Counted from the first letter of the stretch, positions 10,301-18,957 are shown. The stretch is DNA of 64,000 nt from Macrostomum hystrix (GCA_950097015.1 CATNEN010000039.1:14198001-14262000); one strand, 5' to 3'. Program-made: numbers and translations. Notes: generated by a model not told the origin, from the letters alone.

Positions 10301-11131
10301 AAAGCAACAAACAGCTTTGACAAGGACCTGTTCAAGCTTGCAAACAACTCTGTCTATGGCAAGACCCTAGAAAACGAACGCAACCGCACGAACCTGAAGC
10401 TCGTTACCTGTTATGAACCTGGTATCATTCAGACAAGTTTATCAAAGCCCACTTTCAAAGAGCTTCATATCTTTAATGATTACTTGGGTGCCATACTGTT
10501 CTATAAGACTAAAGTTACCCTATGCAAGCCCATATTTACAGGTGTGACTGTACTCGATGAGTCGAAGCGTCTGATGTATAAATTCTTCTATGACATGAAG
10601 CGACAATACGGCGAACAACTGAAACTTCTATATACTGACACAGACTCCCTAATTCTAAACATACAGACTGAGGATGTCTATCAGGACATGTTGAATCAAA
10701 AACATCTGTATGACCTATCCGAATATCCAGAGTCCTTCAAGACTTTGAAAGGCGATCAAGTACGCGACACTGGAAATCAAAAAGTTGTAGGAAAAATGAA
10801 GGATGAAACGGCTGGCACCCTCATTACAGAGTTTATCGGTTTGAGGGCAAAGTCCTATTTTGTAAAAAGTTGTAAGTCTACCATTAAAAAATCAAAAGGA
10901 ATCCCAAAACATGTTGTTAAAAACGATCTCCATGAAGCTTCATACAAGGACGCATTGATCAATAATAAAAGTACTACTCATGAATTTATGAAACTGCAGT
11001 CTAAGAACCACAACATTCACACAATTCAACAGAAGAAGATAGGCCTCTCAGGTGCCGATAACAAACGACATATCTTTGATGACAACATTAACAGCCTACC
11101 ATTTGGACACTATAGATTAAATAATTTGTAA
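7328..11131 (+). CDS. polB: Protein-primed family B DNA polymerase, 1267 aa
   Basis: ExoI YADFEC, ExoII HNGRGYD, polymerase motifs YLDANNLYG, KLANNSVYGK and YTDTDS. Also a C2HC zinc finger, an EndoVII-like insert (CHICRK...VRDHDHFTGKFRGAAHNTCN) and an OTU-like segment (DQCCALWAV...HYVWI). Confidence 0.98.
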   Translation: MPKANPEKKFVESFFQNNCPQAQSFQQKSQVLQEFCRQKFNQDPGYLGSYAIQQEIINQLLHSEQYTPVKKPATEHQQKSRSLVNKYETLTGQNVSKYPQNKQEQEDLERTIHQVEAELQVELQTEDLKFAQRKFTEYYIEYTIQEDTTNSQSDIYDFKDRIQSVIDHTLKSRKTFKLQLSFKIEFYMPAKPNERLEYYMTTKALPFTPTDTQDPFLQEISKKIDAFTSRGSGWVVNGIQKATVMIMKYDPLKASSYIELPKKLASKKACINVQNCDQCCALWAVLSAILYDKDRAHPERISHYQGLFQHYHLICHAKGISFNRGGLAIDQIPKLEEVFNNKIRITVFEWNEKSEKVQLVRASKNTLDPEGGRRIDVDLLIIGDLRENAHYVWIKDLSRLLHKQMNNHHESVAICRLCLKHYSGPDRDEKLKEHELTCEDHPTNCTLPTDKHLRFKSYHKMEKLPFIVYADFECTINPETNKHVPNSVAYLFIGRDSFICSNYFLGDQCVEQFIYSMMELQKNVAAIQPVPIIMSDQDEIDFGSATHCHICRKLLTPCDVKNHTVRDHDHFTGKFRGAAHNTCNLKLQKNIRDLTIFFHNGRGYDYHLLVEKLGMIPGIKLDCIAENKEKFKCIDIKRDSGKIKIKDSFQFLAASLDALSKNLTDDQCTYTKMLADSLNPRTPDSFKLLRKKGVYPYECNHVFAEPLPPKDKFFSKLTNSGISDEDYEHAQTVYKHFNCRNFLDYHMLYLWTDVFLLADVFETFRKTWYSAYGLDPAHYVSLPATSWESLLKMKWDQNPNWYIELLTDIDMYNFIDSSKRGGISICVHRYAKANNPYLEDNDKEKPSNYIIYLDANNLYGWAMSQDLPVRDFRWLDTYKLDFSIPAIYEVDVEIPWELHDYFSDFAPFPENINCPKIIQYNGSWQLSEKEKERVKKLTQNLMNKTRYKIHFKLLRYFISLGCRVTKVHRALAFTEEAWMKPYIEKNTQFRTKATNSFDKDLFKLANNSVYGKTLENERNRTNLKLVTCYEPGIIQTSLSKPTFKELHIFNDYLGAILFYKTKVTLCKPIFTGVTVLDESKRLMYKFFYDMKRQYGEQLKLLYTDTDSLILNIQTEDVYQDMLNQKHLYDLSEYPESFKTLKGDQVRDTGNQKVVGKMKDETAGTLITEFIGLRAKSYFVKSCKSTIKKSKGIPKHVVKNDLHEASYKDALINNKSTTHEFMKLQSKNHNIHTIQQKKIGLSGADNKRHIFDDNINSLPFGHYRLNNL

Positions 11132-11163
11132 CAAAATTTGTTACAAAAAATTTGTAAAAAAAA

Positions 11164-11574
11164 ATGACAACCAATATTTATTTAGAAGAGCTAGCTCAGC
11201 AATTAAAAATCCCAAACTTCAGAGGCGTCTTTATGAAGGATACACTGCCAGAATCCCCACTAGAAAAAGAATGTGGAATCATGAACTTTGACCCTGCAGA
11301 AAAGCCAGGTTCTCATTGGGTTTGTTGGGTAATTGATCCCAACCGTAAACACAAGTACTATTACTTTGATAGCTATGGTACGGCCGTGCCTGAAGTGCTG
11401 AGAAATTATATGACTCATATGAGACATAAAATGAGACATAAAATATACCGCTCAGATTTTATACTCCAGGGTATTAACAGTGATGTTTGTGGCGAGCTAT
11501 GTATGACCGTTTTGTATGCAATGACCCACACCCGAAAAAGTTACAAAGAAATCATTTTAGGGCTGAAAAAATAA
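11164..11574 (+). CDS. Adenain-like cysteine maturation protease
   Basis: Catalytic set His (GSHWV), Asp (YFDSYG), Gln and Cys (LQGINSDVCGELC). Confidence 0.93.
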   Translation: MTTNIYLEELAQQLKIPNFRGVFMKDTLPESPLEKECGIMNFDPAEKPGSHWVCWVIDPNRKHKYYYFDSYGTAVPEVLRNYMTHMRHKMRHKIYRSDFILQGINSDVCGELCMTVLYAMTHTRKSYKEIILGLKK

Positions 11575-11599
11575 TTTTTTTAGGTCCCGTTAGGTCCTG

Positions 11600-12223
11600 T
11601 TAGGTCTTGTTCATTTTCGCTACTTTCGCGACATGCTGTTTGAACACATTCTCCAGATCATTTCTTAGCTGGCTCATTTCATCAATGGTATTTAGATTAA
11701 GCCTAACTCGTTGCTCATAGAGGTCTTGAATGTTTTTAAACTCATCCTCTGAAATGAACTTGTCTTCAATCGCCTTTGAGATGTACCCGATGATAGAGCT
11801 TTGTACTGATTTCTCATTTGTTTGCTTCGCATGTAGATGCTTTAGCTTTTGTCGTCTGTTCCGTGATAGTACCCCTGTAACTGCTGAAATCAGACCACAT
11901 GCGGCACCAGCAGCTCCGAGTGGAATGGCGATTGGCGCAGTGATTACTGGAATTGTTGAAACAGCAGCTGCTGATCCCGATAGAACAGATGCAGATCCAA
12001 GAAACATATTAAGGTAATCGATGACCTTGCACTCTCTATTATAGCGCTTCAGTTTCTTGGTATTATGATCAATTTGCCGTTTAATATCATCTCGCATCTT
12101 TTGAATCTCCACCAATCTGAATTGCTGCGAGTTACAAGTGAAAGTTGGGTAAAGGGGTTGTTGTGGGCTTGGGTTGTTTGGAGGCGCACTAGGTTCATAT
12201 AGTGAGTTTATTTTTTCAGACAT
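11600..12223 (-). CDS. Hypothetical membrane-associated protein with a central small-residue hydrophobic hairpin and an N-terminal PSAP motif
   Basis: 207-aa ORF with a TAAATG start. The hydrophobic stretch MFLGSASVLSGSAAAVSTIPVITAPIAIPLGAAGAACGLISAVTGVL is flanked by coiled coils. Confidence 0.8.
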   Translation of the reverse strand: MSEKINSLYEPSAPPNNPSPQQPLYPTFTCNSQQFRLVEIQKMRDDIKRQIDHNTKKLKRYNRECKVIDYLNMFLGSASVLSGSAAAVSTIPVITAPIAIPLGAAGAACGLISAVTGVLSRNRRQKLKHLHAKQTNEKSVQSSIIGYISKAIEDKFISEDEFKNIQDLYEQRVRLNLNTIDEMSQLRNDLENVFKQHVAKVAKMNKT

Positions 12224-12254
12224 TTATTGAACGAAAAAAAATTATATAAATTTT

Positions 12255-12983
12255 TTATGACCTTTCTCGCAAATCTGTTGCACGCCTTGCCGCCTCCCTT
12301 GATGCCTCTTCTGATGGTCCATCAGATACTCTTGCTTCTTCAATGTCAATGTCTGGCAGATTGTGCAGTCTCTCTAGTCGGCCGAGTCTTCTTTTCGTTT
12401 TCCCCCAGTCGTTGTATATCCTATTCAAATACTCAGTGTGTCTTGTTACGTTTAGCCCCATGGTTCTTAGTGTTTCCTTTGTTTCATTTGCTAGTCTCTG
12501 AAGAGCTGTTATATCTGACTCTGCTGCTGTGAGTCGCGAACTCAATCTATCATGCACTGTGCTTGATCTTAGCATAAAGGCTTCTAAATTTCGAACTTTA
12601 TTTGAATTTTCTGTTACTCTTTCTTCCACCAAGTTTGCTCGATTATTAACGGCAGTTCTCAGAGTGGCGATGTCTGATCTCAGAGTGGCGATGTCTGATC
12701 TCAGAGTGGGTATCGCTGCAACAAGAGTATCCCGATCATGAACAAACTGTACATATAGCATGTCAATCTCTTCCTTCCGTTTTGCTACGCTCAACCGCAG
12801 GTCTTCCATGTTTATTTGTTGTTGGTGTGTTGCCCGCTCTAGGGCTTTCAAGCGATCTTTATTGAGTTTGATTTCTGGAATTTTTTCGTCAACATTTATA
12901 TAACGCCTGTCAAGGTAAGAAACTTGAGCACTAGTGAGTGTGCTTCCGCGATCCAACGATTCACCTGCAAAATTAATAGACAT
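12255..12983 (-). CDS. Coiled-coil protein, 242 aa (fibre- or tape-like; function unknown)
   Basis: Likely ATG at 12983 in TTAAAAAAATG context (MSINFAGESL). Heptad repeats include a 21-bp duplication (LRSDIAT x2). Confidence 0.75.
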   Translation of the reverse strand: MSINFAGESLDRGSTLTSAQVSYLDRRYINVDEKIPEIKLNKDRLKALERATHQQQINMEDLRLSVAKRKEEIDMLYVQFVHDRDTLVAAIPTLRSDIATLRSDIATLRTAVNNRANLVEERVTENSNKVRNLEAFMLRSSTVHDRLSSRLTAAESDITALQRLANETKETLRTMGLNVTRHTEYLNRIYNDWGKTKRRLGRLERLHNLPDIDIEEARVSDGPSEEASREAARRATDLRERS

Positions 12984-13000
12984 TTTTTTAATAACAAAAT

Positions 13001-13801
13001 TTAAATTACAGTTCTTTTTTCTTTGTTGATCATCACAAACTGGTAAGGTTGATTCCACTTTTCATAGCAAAGATTAACGAATTCCTCCTGTGAAATCTTT
13101 CTGTTGGAGTTTTTTGTTGGATTTACAAAATGGGCAGGCGCAATGACCTCATTGTAAAATCTTTTTAGCCTGTCCTGTGGAATTGTTGGAAACAGGAGGA
13201 TCAGATTGCAGTTCCCGCGAATTGTTTTGTTCGGGAGCTCGAACCAGTTCTGGGCAATGTAAATCACGTTACAATTGTTGTGCCGTCCTCTTGTAAAATA
13301 GTTTTCTATCTGCTTCTGTGGGCCTGTCATGCAATCATCAAAGACGATCAAATGTTTTCTCCCCTTTTCTAGCTCATCTGGTTGGGGTAGAAGTTTGGTC
13401 TTAGGATCAACCTGCGGATCTCCATATGTGAACACTTTAATGTTCTGCCATTTTTCATTGTCTTTGAGGTGCTTTGCAAATTCGGCAGCTACAATTTCTG
13501 GGTTACTGGGAAGGCTCTTTTGGTTATTAAAACATTGAATAATGTGCTCTTTGTGCAGTCTGTTTTGCAGTCCAGAGATCAACATTTTATACTCATCTTG
13601 ATACAGGGTGGGAGAGTAGATGTGCAGAGTGTCATAGTCGATAAAGCCAGGTCTAAGAAGCATGTTAAAGACTCTGAATGTTTTACCTGAACCTGACGAA
13701 CCAACAACAATGCATCTGAAGTGACTCGGGATTGACTCATGATGAGAAAACTTAATCTGATTACGTGTCCAGTGAGGATTGAAGTCGTTTGAAAAGTCCA
13801 T
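13001..13801 (-). CDS. A32/FtsK-like genome-packaging ATPase
   Basis: Walker A GSSGSGKT, Walker B LIVFDD, and TRGRHNNCNVIYIAQ. Confidence 0.96.
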   Translation of the reverse strand: MDFSNDFNPHWTRNQIKFSHHESIPSHFRCIVVGSSGSGKTFRVFNMLLRPGFIDYDTLHIYSPTLYQDEYKMLISGLQNRLHKEHIIQCFNNQKSLPSNPEIVAAEFAKHLKDNEKWQNIKVFTYGDPQVDPKTKLLPQPDELEKGRKHLIVFDDCMTGPQKQIENYFTRGRHNNCNVIYIAQNWFELPNKTIRGNCNLILLFPTIPQDRLKRFYNEVIAPAHFVNPTKNSNRKISQEEFVNLCYEKWNQPYQFVMINKEKRTVI

Positions 13802-13845
13802 TTTTCTATGATGAAAAAAAAATTAAAAAAGAGTAAATCATTTAT

Positions 13846-13972
13846 AAGATGTGTCTAGGACTTAGATGTGTCTAGGACTTAGATGTGTCTATTTGGGACT
13901 TAGATGTGTCTATTTGGGACTTAGATGTGTCTATTTGGGACTAGTCTTGTACCCTTACATGTCTTGTACCCT
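13846..13972. repeat. Short intergenic tandem repeat (16-21-bp units) in the Polinton
   Basis: AGATGTGTCTA(TTTG)GGACTT x5, followed by GTCTTGTACCCT x2. Confidence 0.85.
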
Positions 13973-13985
13973 CGAAAAGCACCCT

Positions 13986-14387
13986 TTAGTCAAATTTGAA
14001 ACCACTTCCTTTTTTAATGCTAGCTATGCTAGCTCTCATCTTCTCGTAGATTGCAGGGTCCACACTGTCTGGATTCGGGGCCAGCGGAGCCAGCGGAGCC
14101 AGCGGAGCCAATGGTGGCTGAATATCTTGTGTTACAGTATCCTTTATCTTTTTAGCCGCAGTGACAACGCTTCCCACAGATTCAGCCACGTTCTTAATAT
14201 TATCTTTGTTCTCACTAATGACTTTAAAGACCCGAGCACCCTGTGCAATTATATCAGCAAGACCATTCCCGGAGCGTTCTTTCCTCGGATAGTGGCCTGC
14301 CGGGAAAAGTCCGGATCCACGCTTAATTAGATTAAGTTCCTCCTTGTCATAGTATTTGTCCACGTCTTTTTCGAAAATAATCGGCAT
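13986..14387 (-). CDS. Small putative virion core protein with three GxG protease sites and an amphipathic helix
   Basis: KRGSG-L, RSGNG-LADIIAQGARVFKVI and KKGSG-F; AATAAAAATG start context. Confidence 0.75.
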   Translation of the reverse strand: MPIIFEKDVDKYYDKEELNLIKRGSGLFPAGHYPRKERSGNGLADIIAQGARVFKVISENKDNIKNVAESVGSVVTAAKKIKDTVTQDIQPPLAPLAPLAPLAPNPDSVDPAIYEKMRASIASIKKGSGFKFD

Positions 14388-14404
14388 TTTTATTAGGGAA
14401 GAAA

Positions 14405-15586
14405 TTATTTTTTGTTAAAACGTGAAAGCAGAAGCTCTCTTGCCCGTTTGTCGATATACTTCTTTTCCATCATTTTGTCCAGGATGTTGACAAATTCTTT
14501 TCTATTTTCGTCTTTCATGCCAGTCTTTGCAGCTCCAAGAAGAACAGCCACTCGCTTATAGATGTCAGAAATTCCTTTTCCTTGAAATGATTGGTCGGCA
14601 GAGGACTGGTCGGTGGAGGACTGGGGTGAACTCTCAACTGCTCTTTGTTGTGGTGTGAACACTCTTGCTTTGATTTTATTCATTTGAGCTGGGGAGAAAT
14701 TTTCTAGTTGTTGCCAGGCATCTGGGTGATCATTTTTATATTTAGCTACTTGAGTCGGATCTGCATTTTCAAGGGCACTGAGTATGTCTTCGGGTTTGAT
14801 TGTTTGTTGCTGCTGTGGCGGTTGCTGCTGGGGCGGTTGCTGCTGGGGCGGTTGCTGCTGTGGCGGTTGCTGTTCTAGATATTTTATGGCATCTTCTTGA
14901 TCTGGCAAACCAAACCATTGTTTAAAATACTTGTACTTTTTGAATCTAGTCAGGATGACACCGTTGTCATGCATCATTTTCAGAACTTGTGGGTCCTTTA
15001 GTATTTCTATATCTCTAGCAAGAGCAAAAGTTACTAGATCTCTGTAGTTCTTTAGTTGCTTGTCCGAAATTTTCTCTTGGTTTTTAGTCATAAATGTCAG
15101 TAATGTTTCTGTGAAAATTATGCTTTTAGTTTCTGAGCCTTTGACAACAGAAATATGGTTCTTATTTATGTCGATATAATATTCCACTGGTTCATTATAA
15201 ATTTTTTTTCTCCACATACTTATTCCAAATACATATTTCCCATCATGTTCTGCGCGTTCTACTGGTCCAAAAAAGTTATCTGTCACTTTTAGTTGTGACT
15301 GTTGTGGGACTTGGACTTGCGGATCTGCAGATTGTTGTATCTGCGGTGCTTCTGGAATTTTGCCCAAAGCCTTTTGCACCTGGGTTTCCTGTGTGTCGTC
15401 AATAGTTTCTTTGACTTGATCAATATTTTTCTTAGCTTCTCCATACCCGGGTTTATGAAACTCTGTGGCTGCTTGGACAAACTCATTGTAGGATTGTTGC
15501 TCCTTATTGATTAGCCCGGTAACTCTCTTTTCTGCTTGTGCTAGCTTCTCCAATTCAGATATTTGGTGCGCATTTTTTCGCTTCAT
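14405..15586 (-). CDS. Polinton hypothetical (core-like) protein, 393 aa, with a QQQPP repeat
   Basis: Long intact ORF. The C-terminal QGKG...KRVAVLLGAAKTG...EFVNILDKM resembles a motif I recall from Maverick accessory ORFs. Confidence 0.75.
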   Translation of the reverse strand: MKRKNAHQISELEKLAQAEKRVTGLINKEQQSYNEFVQAATEFHKPGYGEAKKNIDQVKETIDDTQETQVQKALGKIPEAPQIQQSADPQVQVPQQSQLKVTDNFFGPVERAEHDGKYVFGISMWRKKIYNEPVEYYIDINKNHISVVKGSETKSIIFTETLLTFMTKNQEKISDKQLKNYRDLVTFALARDIEILKDPQVLKMMHDNGVILTRFKKYKYFKQWFGLPDQEDAIKYLEQQPPQQQPPQQQPPQQQPPQQQQTIKPEDILSALENADPTQVAKYKNDHPDAWQQLENFSPAQMNKIKARVFTPQQRAVESSPQSSTDQSSADQSFQGKGISDIYKRVAVLLGAAKTGMKDENRKEFVNILDKMMEKKYIDKRARELLLSRFNKK

Positions 15587-15615
15587 TTTTTATTTTATTT
15601 TTTTTAGTTTAAAAA

Positions 15616-16902
15616 ATGAACGACCCACTGACACCAGTTTTCTACAAAATTAACAAGCCTATTTTGAGTGATGATAGCACAATCAAAGCGACTCAAGTAA
15701 GAGTTCCCAGTCAGGAAAATCAGAATGAAACTAATCTTGGTCCTGGTCAAACACTGACATTCACCTACAATGGATGTTCGTCTCTGGTTAGTGTGCACAG
15801 TCTTAAGAGCGGTTTCCATATGACATTTCAATTCAAGACAAAGGGAGGTGCGGATGCAGCTCATGCTAACGTTGAAAAGCATGATGCAGATGTGGCTCTG
15901 ATCAGTAACTTTTGGGCGTACATGTTCAAGGAGTTTAGTGTATCGAATGGGAGCACAGAGTTGGAGCGAATCGCCAACTTTGGAGTTGTCTATGACGCTC
16001 ATTGTTTGATCGAGAATCCAGATTTTATTCAGTTGGGGAGTGGTGCGGGTTTCATTGCAGATGAAAAAGAAGGAGATATCAATGACAGTGGCTATAAAAA
16101 GAGGAAGAAGAGATACAACTATGCGTTGCAAGGTGCTGATGATGCTGCTAAGAACCCGCTGTATCGGACTGTTGATGTATTCGTACCACTGAGATTCATG
16201 AGTGGATTCTGTAATACATTTAATCGACTGACTAGTAACTTCAGCTACACCTTTAAGATGACTAGAGATGATCGCAGTAGAGTGTTGTGGACTGGGGCGG
16301 ACCACACTAGGATGGAAGTGAAGCTAACCGGAATCGAGCTGTATTTGGAAGTCATTGAGCCAAAGACCGCACTAAAAGCAGATTATCTCAAGGCAATAGA
16401 GAAGGACATTGATGTCGCCTACACGGCCTACATGTGTCGAGATGAGCGAAACGAAACCAGAACAAACATCTGCATTAAAGAGGGATCATGCAGCAATCCA
16501 AGGTATATTATTATTAACATGAGAAACCCAAATAACATTATACGCTACATGCATGGAGATGTGCGGTCTATTCAGCATGAAATCAGTGATAATCTTTACC
16601 CTGCACTGCCACAAAATGGAAATTTCAGTCAGAACAAGATTAGCAAATTTTACAGCGAGTTGGTCGACTTGGCTGTGAAAGAGAACAATGGAATTGCTAT
16701 CACTGCTCTTCAATATGGAACTCTTTATCCGATGTTTGGCGCCGATGTGTCTGCCAGACAAATGCCTACTGATAACAGCCCTGTGAATATCGTGACTAAC
16801 ATTGAGAGGACTGCCGCAACTGCTGTTGACCTGTATATTATCTATGCATTTGAGAGGAAGGTGAAGCTTAACATGATCAACAATTCATCCAGTAAAGTTT
16901 AA
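15616..16902 (+). CDS. Major capsid protein (double jelly-roll, Polinton PY)
   Basis: 428 aa and beta-strand-rich (FKEFSVSNGSTELERI, VFVPLRFMSGFC, PRYIIIN, YPMFGADVS); adjacent to the penton gene. Confidence 0.88.
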   Translation: MNDPLTPVFYKINKPILSDDSTIKATQVRVPSQENQNETNLGPGQTLTFTYNGCSSLVSVHSLKSGFHMTFQFKTKGGADAAHANVEKHDADVALISNFWAYMFKEFSVSNGSTELERIANFGVVYDAHCLIENPDFIQLGSGAGFIADEKEGDINDSGYKKRKKRYNYALQGADDAAKNPLYRTVDVFVPLRFMSGFCNTFNRLTSNFSYTFKMTRDDRSRVLWTGADHTRMEVKLTGIELYLEVIEPKTALKADYLKAIEKDIDVAYTAYMCRDERNETRTNICIKEGSCSNPRYIIINMRNPNNIIRYMHGDVRSIQHEISDNLYPALPQNGNFSQNKISKFYSELVDLAVKENNGIAITALQYGTLYPMFGADVSARQMPTDNSPVNIVTNIERTAATAVDLYIIYAFERKVKLNMINNSSSKV

Positions 16903-16925
16903 ATAATTTTTTTTTCGTGAAAAAA

Positions 16926-17738
16926 ATGGAAGCGATTGCTGAAATACTAAATAATATTCTTTCTCACTCTAAGGAGAGCATCCCTATTACAATAACAGGG
17001 CGAATTAATGACCAAAGCGGCATTTTTGTTGAGAAATTAGAGCAGGCGATTCGCCTGGATCCAGGTGCTAATTACCATGTCTATCTTAACGAATTCACTG
17101 GTTGGTCAAACGTTCCCAATGTGACAGCAGCAAATAATAAGTTTCATTACAAATGGAAAGGTGTAGCAGCAGAAGCTGTGGTATTCCCTGTAAGCACACA
17201 GGGCGTGGACACCTATAATTACTTTCTAGAAAACGTCTTTACTAAAAGAGGCCATTTTGAAACACCCAATGCGAGTAAGCCAGAGAAGAAACTGTTCCCT
17301 GTCAAACTATCCTATGATCTCACTGTAATGAGAGTGGTCATGCAAGTTCACAAAGAAGCGGAGGTTGAATTTAGAGATGACACTTGGTATAAGGAATTGG
17401 GATTCGAGAAGAAAGTGTATAAGGCAGAATCCGGGGAAAGCGGTCTGTTCTTAGCACCCAATATCGCAGACATTGTAAAGGGTTTGAATATTCTAATCAG
17501 AAGTAATCTCAGTCTTGCTTGGGTATTTAAGGGGAAGCGAACGAATATTTTGTACAACATCTCTAACTCCGTTGCTGGAGGACAGATGCTGGTAGAGAAA
17601 CCAAATCCGGTGAAAAGAGTTGTGCTAAGTAATAAGGAGATTCACGAGATTGTGCTGCAGTTTGAGACGGAAGATGGTGTTGGCGTTGATTTCAACGGTG
17701 AAGAGTTTGTATTGACGTTGACAATTGAGAGAATGTAA
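16926..17738 (+). CDS. Minor capsid protein (penton, Polinton PX)
   Basis: SNVPNVTAANNKF, IRSNL...ILYNI...GQMLVEKP...IHEIVLQFETEDGVGVDFNGE matches the Polinton penton pattern. ATG at 16926 follows an A-run. Confidence 0.9.
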   Translation: MEAIAEILNNILSHSKESIPITITGRINDQSGIFVEKLEQAIRLDPGANYHVYLNEFTGWSNVPNVTAANNKFHYKWKGVAAEAVVFPVSTQGVDTYNYFLENVFTKRGHFETPNASKPEKKLFPVKLSYDLTVMRVVMQVHKEAEVEFRDDTWYKELGFEKKVYKAESGESGLFLAPNIADIVKGLNILIRSNLSLAWVFKGKRTNILYNISNSVAGGQMLVEKPNPVKRVVLSNKEIHEIVLQFETEDGVGVDFNGEEFVLTLTIERM

Positions 17739-18415
17739 GCTGCTTAATGATTTCTGCAAAGTTATAGTAGCTGTCGTAGTCCTTTATGGTTACTCCATAC
17801 TTATGAAACCAGTGACTCTTAACTGCTAGATTAATATTAGGGACATTGATATCGACGTTGGGACAATATTTCTTCATGTACTCGCTGCATTCTTGTTTGC
17901 ATTGGTACTTACTCTTGTAATTAGGCTCATGCCTTTTGTAATAAGATCCTGGAGAGACGATTGGGAGCATTTTTAATAAGAATTTAATTTTTTTTCGGAG
18001 GATGAGCACCCAAGGTTTGGGGTCTTGATTGGGATTTTAGTGCTAATTTGATTGTCTTGGCACGCTTTTTGCAGCTTCGCTATTTTGTGCATGATCTCTT
18101 AGGGAGTGGCTGCGATAATTTTTTTTGTCCAAGTTCACAAACTGGAAAGTATTTTTTTGGCGGGGGAACCTTGTTCCTTCAGGAAAGGTAATGGTTTGTG
18201 CATTAAGGAGGCTGCGATAATTTTTGTCCTAGATATTCAACTTACAAACTGATGTGGGATATTAAAAGTAGAGAATTTAGAATATGGAGACGGAGTTTTT
18301 AGAGGGGCGAGGACCCTTTTTTTCCTGATCTCTTCGGGAATAATAAAAGTAATGGTTTGTGGATAATGGAGGCTGCGATTATTTTTGTCCTAGAAGCCCC
18401 CTCTTGCATACTACT
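17577..18415 (-). repeat. Right TIR of the Polinton (839 bp)
   Basis: Reverse complement of 3034-3872; includes the last ~54 codons of the minor capsid gene. Confidence 0.95.
17692..17970 (-). CDS. TIR-encoded 92-aa hypothetical protein, right copy (YGVTIK versus YGAIIK on the left)
   Basis: Mirror of 3479-3757; overlaps the minor capsid 3' end convergently by 47 nt. Confidence 0.55.
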   Translation of the reverse strand: MLPIVSPGSYYKRHEPNYKSKYQCKQECSEYMKKYCPNVDINVPNINLAVKSHWFHKYGVTIKDYDSYYNFAEIIKQLTFSQLSTSIQTLHR

Positions 18416-18957
18416 CACATTAAACACTCGTCCGCGTACAGAGATATTTATTTATTCTGCAGACTTGAAAATGCAACCTTTTTATTGTCTTTTCAATAGT
18501 AGATTAAGAAAGAAACATGCAGCTTAATGCTGCCAGTGCGTTAGCTGCGTAAACATGCTTGCTGTTTAAAAATTTATTCATATAAGAGTGTTTATGTTAG
18601 AAGCGTATAGTTGTGTTTTATGCGAAACAACAGAGAAAAAAAACAACTAAAAATTCATGTTTCTGCGTTCTAATGCATCAGTTTATATACTCGTACTACT
18701 AGAGTATATTAGTTCTGCTGTTATTGTTTGTTATGAATGTTTCTGATACAGTTATATAAGTAAATCAAATTGGTTAAAAACGAACTGTCCTTGGAACAGA
18801 AAACACGCTAAGCAAATTTAGCAATGTTCACTGAAGCAACTATAGCTTTTTGCAAATGAATTCAGCCTATCTGCAAAACCCTTCAGCCAGCCAGGGCCAG
18901 CCTTTGCACACAAGTCAATTAAATTTTTAGTTTTAGTTTTAAATTTGTTCTCAATTC

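Larger units (their letters stand above)
3034..18415. mobile_element. Complete Polinton/Maverick (adintovirus-like endogenous dsDNA virus), 15,382 bp
   Basis: Begins AGTAGTATGCAAGAGG and ends CCTCTTGCATACTACT. 6-bp TSD CACATT at 3028-3033 and 18416-18421. Paralogous empty sites with a single CACATT at 35086-35091 and 51254-51259. Encodes integrase, pPolB, protease, ATPase and two capsid proteins. Confidence 0.98.
308..18902 (+). repeat. Tandem duplication unit U0 (partial, 3' part), interrupted by the Polinton
   Basis: From 308 it matches 29768 and 45389 onward. It lacks ~1.9 kb present at 31757-33672. Confidence 0.9.
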
